NCBI GenBank assembly: GCA_963662335.2
Contig: CAXXVD010000001.1
Location: 320,001 to 384,000, forward strand
Direction: 5' to 3'
DNA length: 64,000 bases
DNA from: Chloroflexota bacterium
GTDB taxonomy: Bacteria; Chloroflexota; UBA11872; VXOZ01
Notes under the pieces: generated by a model
Told to the model about the DNA's origin: nothing
The model's database searches: none
What the model saw: the letters and a program-made list of their open reading frames with translations, nothing else
Part shown: positions 60,441 through 64,000 of the stretch, in pieces
Position numbering within the stretch: position 1 is the stretch's first letter
How the letters are laid out: every line of letters begins with the position of its first letter
Made by a program: the position numbers and the translations under genes

Positions 60441-61298
60441 TTACTCCTTGTGAAACGAGATGCCCACGGCGCCGGGGCCGGCGTGGGCGCCGATGGCCGG
60501 GCCGATCGTGCCCTCGATGACGGTCTGCGCCGAGACGCGGCCCAGGATTGCCTCCCGCAATTCGGCGGCGAAGTCCGGATCATTCGCGTGCATCACGCCC
60601 AGGTGCGTGACCTCGCCCCCGGATCCGGCCACGGACTCCACATAGCGCACCATGCGCTCGATGACGCGCGACCGGGTGCGCACCTTGTCGAGCGCTTCGA
60701 TGACGCCGTCCTGGAGAATGAGCACCGGCTTGATGCGGAGCAGCGAACCCAGCAGATGTGAAGCCGCGCCCAGGCGGCCGCCGCGCCGCAGAAATTCCAG
60801 CGTATCGGGCGTGAAGGCGAGGTGCATGAGGCCCGCCACGTGCGTGATCCGTTCGGCAATGCTGGCCGCCTCTTCGCCGGCCGCGGCCAGGCGCGCCGCC
60901 TCCTGCGCCATGTACGCGATTCCGATTGAGGCCGATAGCGTATCTACGACGTGAATCGCGCAGGACGATTCACCCTCCATCTGTTGCCGGGCCGTCAGCG
61001 CCGACTGCATCGTGCCGCTCAGCTTGCCGGAGACGTGGAGCGAGACGATGTGCTCGTGGTCCTGGGCCAGCCGTTGGTAGACCTCGACGAACTCGCCCAC
61101 GGACGGCTGCGAGGTCTGGGGCATTTCCTTGGTCTCCGTCAACATCGTGTAGAATTGCTCGCCCGTAATGTCTACGCCGTCCTTGTAATCGACGTCGCCG
61201 AAACGCACGTGCGCCGGCACGAGGGTTATTTTCTGTTCGGCGGCAACCGCCGGCTCGAGATCGCTCGTGCTGTCAGTTACGATGGCAATCGTACCCAT
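60441..61298 (-). CDS. DegV family fatty-acid-binding protein
   Basis: IVTDSTSDL, P.TSQPS, S..LSGT, L.RGGR, IKP, H.GPG. Confidence 0.92.
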   Translation of the reverse strand: MGTIAIVTDSTSDLEPAVAAEQKITLVPAHVRFGDVDYKDGVDITGEQFYTMLTETKEMPQTSQPSVGEFVEVYQRLAQDHEHIVSLHVSGKLSGTMQSALTARQQMEGESSCAIHVVDTLSASIGIAYMAQEAARLAAAGEEAASIAERITHVAGLMHLAFTPDTLEFLRRGGRLGAASHLLGSLLRIKPVLILQDGVIEALDKVRTRSRVIERMVRYVESVAGSGGEVTHLGVMHANDPDFAAELREAILGRVSAQTVIEGTIGPAIGAHAGPGAVGISFHKE

Positions 61299-61534
61299 GT
61301 CGTATCCCCCATTTTCCCTTCTCTGCGCTGCTCTTTGCTTTCGCGCTAACGCGCCGCCTTGCGCGCGCTCGCCGCCCACGCGGGTAACCGCACGCTCTTC
61401 CTTGCGCCTGGATTCGAGTCACACGCTATACTAACGTGCACGCGGCGGTCAACTATCCGCGCGCAAGAGCGTAGCAGGGCGGCCTTGCTCCCATAGAGTA
61501 GCATGAGTTTCCAACTTGGTAGGAGGACATTGGC

Positions 61535-62383
61535 ATGAAAGTGGTTGTAACCGGCGGCAGCGGCAAAATCGGACAGTACGTGGTGCGCGAACTTGCGCGG
61601 CATGGGCACGAGATCGTTTCGTTCGACCGGATAGCGCCGCCGGAACCGGAGCCCGGCGTCCACTACCGCCTGGGCGACCACGAGGACGAGGGTACGGTCT
61701 TCGAACTGCTGGCGCCGGCGCAGGCGGTAGTGCATCTTTCCGCCATTCCCTCACCGGGCAGGCACGCCAACGCGCACGTCTTCCGCACCAACGTGATGGG
61801 CACGTATAACGTGTGTGAGGCCGCCGCTACCCTGGGCCTGCGGAAGATCGTGGCTACCAGCAGCGTCAACGTGCTGGGCATGGGCTTCCGCTACCGGGAT
61901 TTTGCGCCCCACTATCTGCCGATGGACGAGAACCACCCCGACCTGCCGCAAGACCCGTACGGCCTCTCCAAAGTGGTGGGCGAAGACGTCGTGGACATGG
62001 CCCACCGGCGCACCGGCATCCCCGCCGTGTCGATCCGTCCGTCGCACGTGATCATGCCGGAGACCTGGCCGGAACGCGTCGCGGCGCTGGCTGCCGACTG
62101 CAACGCCTACTTCCGCGGCATCTGGGGCTATGCCGACGTGCGCGACCTGGCGGTGGGCTTTCGCCTGGCGCTGGAGACGGAATCCGCCGCGCAGGGCGCG
62201 TACTACATCGTGGCCGACGACGCTCTTTGCCCCATGCCGCTGGCCGAGGCTGCTCCCTTGGCGTTCCCGGGGATTGGTCAAATGGCGGCGCACCTCACTG
62301 GGACAGAGTCCGGCATTACGAATGCCAAGGCAAAGCGGGAATTGGGCTTTCAAGCACAGCATTCGTGGCGGGACTTTGCGTAA
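61535..62383 (+). CDS. NAD-dependent epimerase/dehydratase
   Basis: TGGSGKIG, YGLSK. Confidence 0.9.
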   Translation: MKVVVTGGSGKIGQYVVRELARHGHEIVSFDRIAPPEPEPGVHYRLGDHEDEGTVFELLAPAQAVVHLSAIPSPGRHANAHVFRTNVMGTYNVCEAAATLGLRKIVATSSVNVLGMGFRYRDFAPHYLPMDENHPDLPQDPYGLSKVVGEDVVDMAHRRTGIPAVSIRPSHVIMPETWPERVAALAADCNAYFRGIWGYADVRDLAVGFRLALETESAAQGAYYIVADDALCPMPLAEAAPLAFPGIGQMAAHLTGTESGITNAKAKRELGFQAQHSWRDFA

Positions 62384-62539
62384 AGCGCTGTGCTGTGAGC
62401 TTACGATTGGCTGTCCACCGGGAGGCGGCGAGATGCCTGCAAATCGCCACAGCGCCTTCGAGTTGCGCTGGCAGCGCACCGCTATGCCGGTGTAGTATAC
62501 TAAGGCAGACTGTCTGAGCAGCTTGAGAATCATGAGGGC

Positions 62540-62890
62540 GTGATGGACAACGTTCAATTCTTTAGCTTATTGGCAACACTCGTTATTGCAATGGCGGCGT
62601 TTGGTGGGCTAGTCATTGCGCAATACCGCGCGCTCGAGCGCCGCATCGAGAGACGGTTCTCCGATATGGACCAGCGGATTACCGCGCTAGACCAGCGAGT
62701 CTCCAAGCTAGACGAGCGGTTCTCTAGATTGGAAGTGCGCCTCTCCGCACTGGAGACGCAAGTGACCGCGCTGGAAACGCACGTAGTCGCTCTCGGAGAG
62801 CGTGTCTCCGACCTGAGCGAGCGCGTTTCGCGCATCGAAGGGCTGCTCCAAGGCATGTTTACACGCGTGGGCAGCGTCGAAGACAACTAG
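62540..62890 (+). CDS. TM plus heptad-repeat coiled-coil protein (RVSRIEG)
   Basis: N-terminal TM, 7-residue repeats (LDQRVSK, LDERFSR, LEVRLSA, LETQVTA). Confidence 0.75.
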   Translation: MMDNVQFFSLLATLVIAMAAFGGLVIAQYRALERRIERRFSDMDQRITALDQRVSKLDERFSRLEVRLSALETQVTALETHVVALGERVSDLSERVSRIEGLLQGMFTRVGSVEDN

Positions 62891-62980
62891 CAGTCCTATC
62901 CCCGTGTACCCTTGAGACGCGGCCTTGTGTCTCGCCGCTCGAAGCGTGGCTGCCCCTAGCACGACGTAATAAACAACACG

Positions 62981-64000
62981 ATGACACCGCCAATAAAGCT
63001 AACCAGTCTCGCCGCTTGCGCCGGCTGAGCGGGCAAACTCGGCCCGGCCGAGCTCGCGCAGGTGCTGCGCGCCTTTCCCTCCCAGGCCAATAGCAATCTG
63101 CTAGTGGGCCTCGCCGCGCCCGACGACGCCGCCGTCTACCGCCTGAACGACCGGCAGGCCGTCATCAGCACGGCGGACTTTTTTCCTCCCGTTGTGGACG
63201 ATCCGTATGACTATGGGCAAATCGCTGCCGCCAACGCCCTGAGCGACGTCTACGCCATGGGCGGCGAGCCGCTCTTTGCCCTGAACCTGGCCGGCTTTCC
63301 CGACGACCTGGACCTGGACATCCTGGGCCGTATCTTCCAGGGCGGCGCGGACAAGGTAAGCGAGGCCGGCGCGGTGATCGCGGGCGGGCACACGGTGACC
63401 GATGCGGAACCTAAGTACGGCCTGGCCGTGACCGGCCTGGCGCACCCCGACCGCCTCTTTACCAAGGCCGGCGCGCAACCGGGCGACCTGCTGGCGCTCA
63501 CCAAGCCGATCGGCACGGGGGTGATCACCACGGCCCACAAGCGCGATTGCGTCGAGGCCGCGCACTTTGATGAAGCCGTTGCCAGCATGTGCCGCCTAAA
63601 CGCCGGCGCGTCGCGGCTGCTGCAACAGATCAACGTACGCGCCTGCACCGACGTCACCGGCTACGGCCTGCTCGGCCACGCCATGGAGATGGCGCGCCAC
63701 GGCAGCGTGCGCTTTGCGATCGACGCGGAAGCCGTGCCCCTGCTGCCCGGCGCGTTGGCCTACGCCGAGGCCGACGTGGCGCCGGGCGGCCTGGACCGCA
63801 ACCGCGCCCACCTGCGGGACGAAGGGCTGCTCACGCTGGACGCCACCATCCCCCCGGCCTTGGCCGCGCTCCTCTTCGATCCCCAAACCAGCGGCGGCCT
63901 GCTGGCAGCCGTCCCACCGCGCGCGCAAGCGGGTCTCGCGCAGGCGTTCCGTACCGCTAACGAACCCTACTGGATTGTTGGCACGGTTACCGAGGGCAGC
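62981..64000 (+). CDS. selD: Selenophosphate synthetase, Sec-containing (runs off the window)
   Basis: MTPPIKLTSLAACAG-UGA-AGKL, DDAAVY, DFF.PVVDDPYD.G.IAAANALSDVYAMGG, GGHT, TDVTGYGLLGH, DPQTSGGLL. Confidence 0.95.

Overview
GC-rich bacterial chromosomal window; gene content (DegV, TldD/PmbA, CxxC-x17-CxxC zinc ribbon, Tat-lipoprotein solute-binding protein, several Gfo/Idh/MocA enzymes) tentatively suggests Chloroflexota, by inference only. It holds housekeeping genes (plsX, holA, rpsT, mutS, rho, rnhA, modAB, tldD/pmbA, selD), tmRNA, tRNA-Leu(GAG), catabolic enzymes, a GAF histidine kinase/receiver cluster, an IS30 element and dense REP-like palindromes. Signals the ORF track misses: (1) selD with an in-frame UGA, plus a HesB/IscA-family gene whose UGA lies at the C-terminal ligand position, followed by Gly-Gly-Gly-UAA and a SECIS-like hairpin; (2) nested REP-associated mobile DNA: an IS4-like MITE with an 11-bp target duplication that carries its own target, a 151-bp MITE with a 7-bp duplication, and an IS30 whose transposase takes its stop codon from the target REP; (3) a leader-peptide attenuator before a SAM methyltransferase; (4) four small membrane/coiled-coil RVxxIE proteins, one divergent from a candidate structured RNA; (5) low-GC accessory genes (pentapeptide-FRG, DUF5678-like plus retropepsin). 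All family calls come from motif reading; no database search was run.
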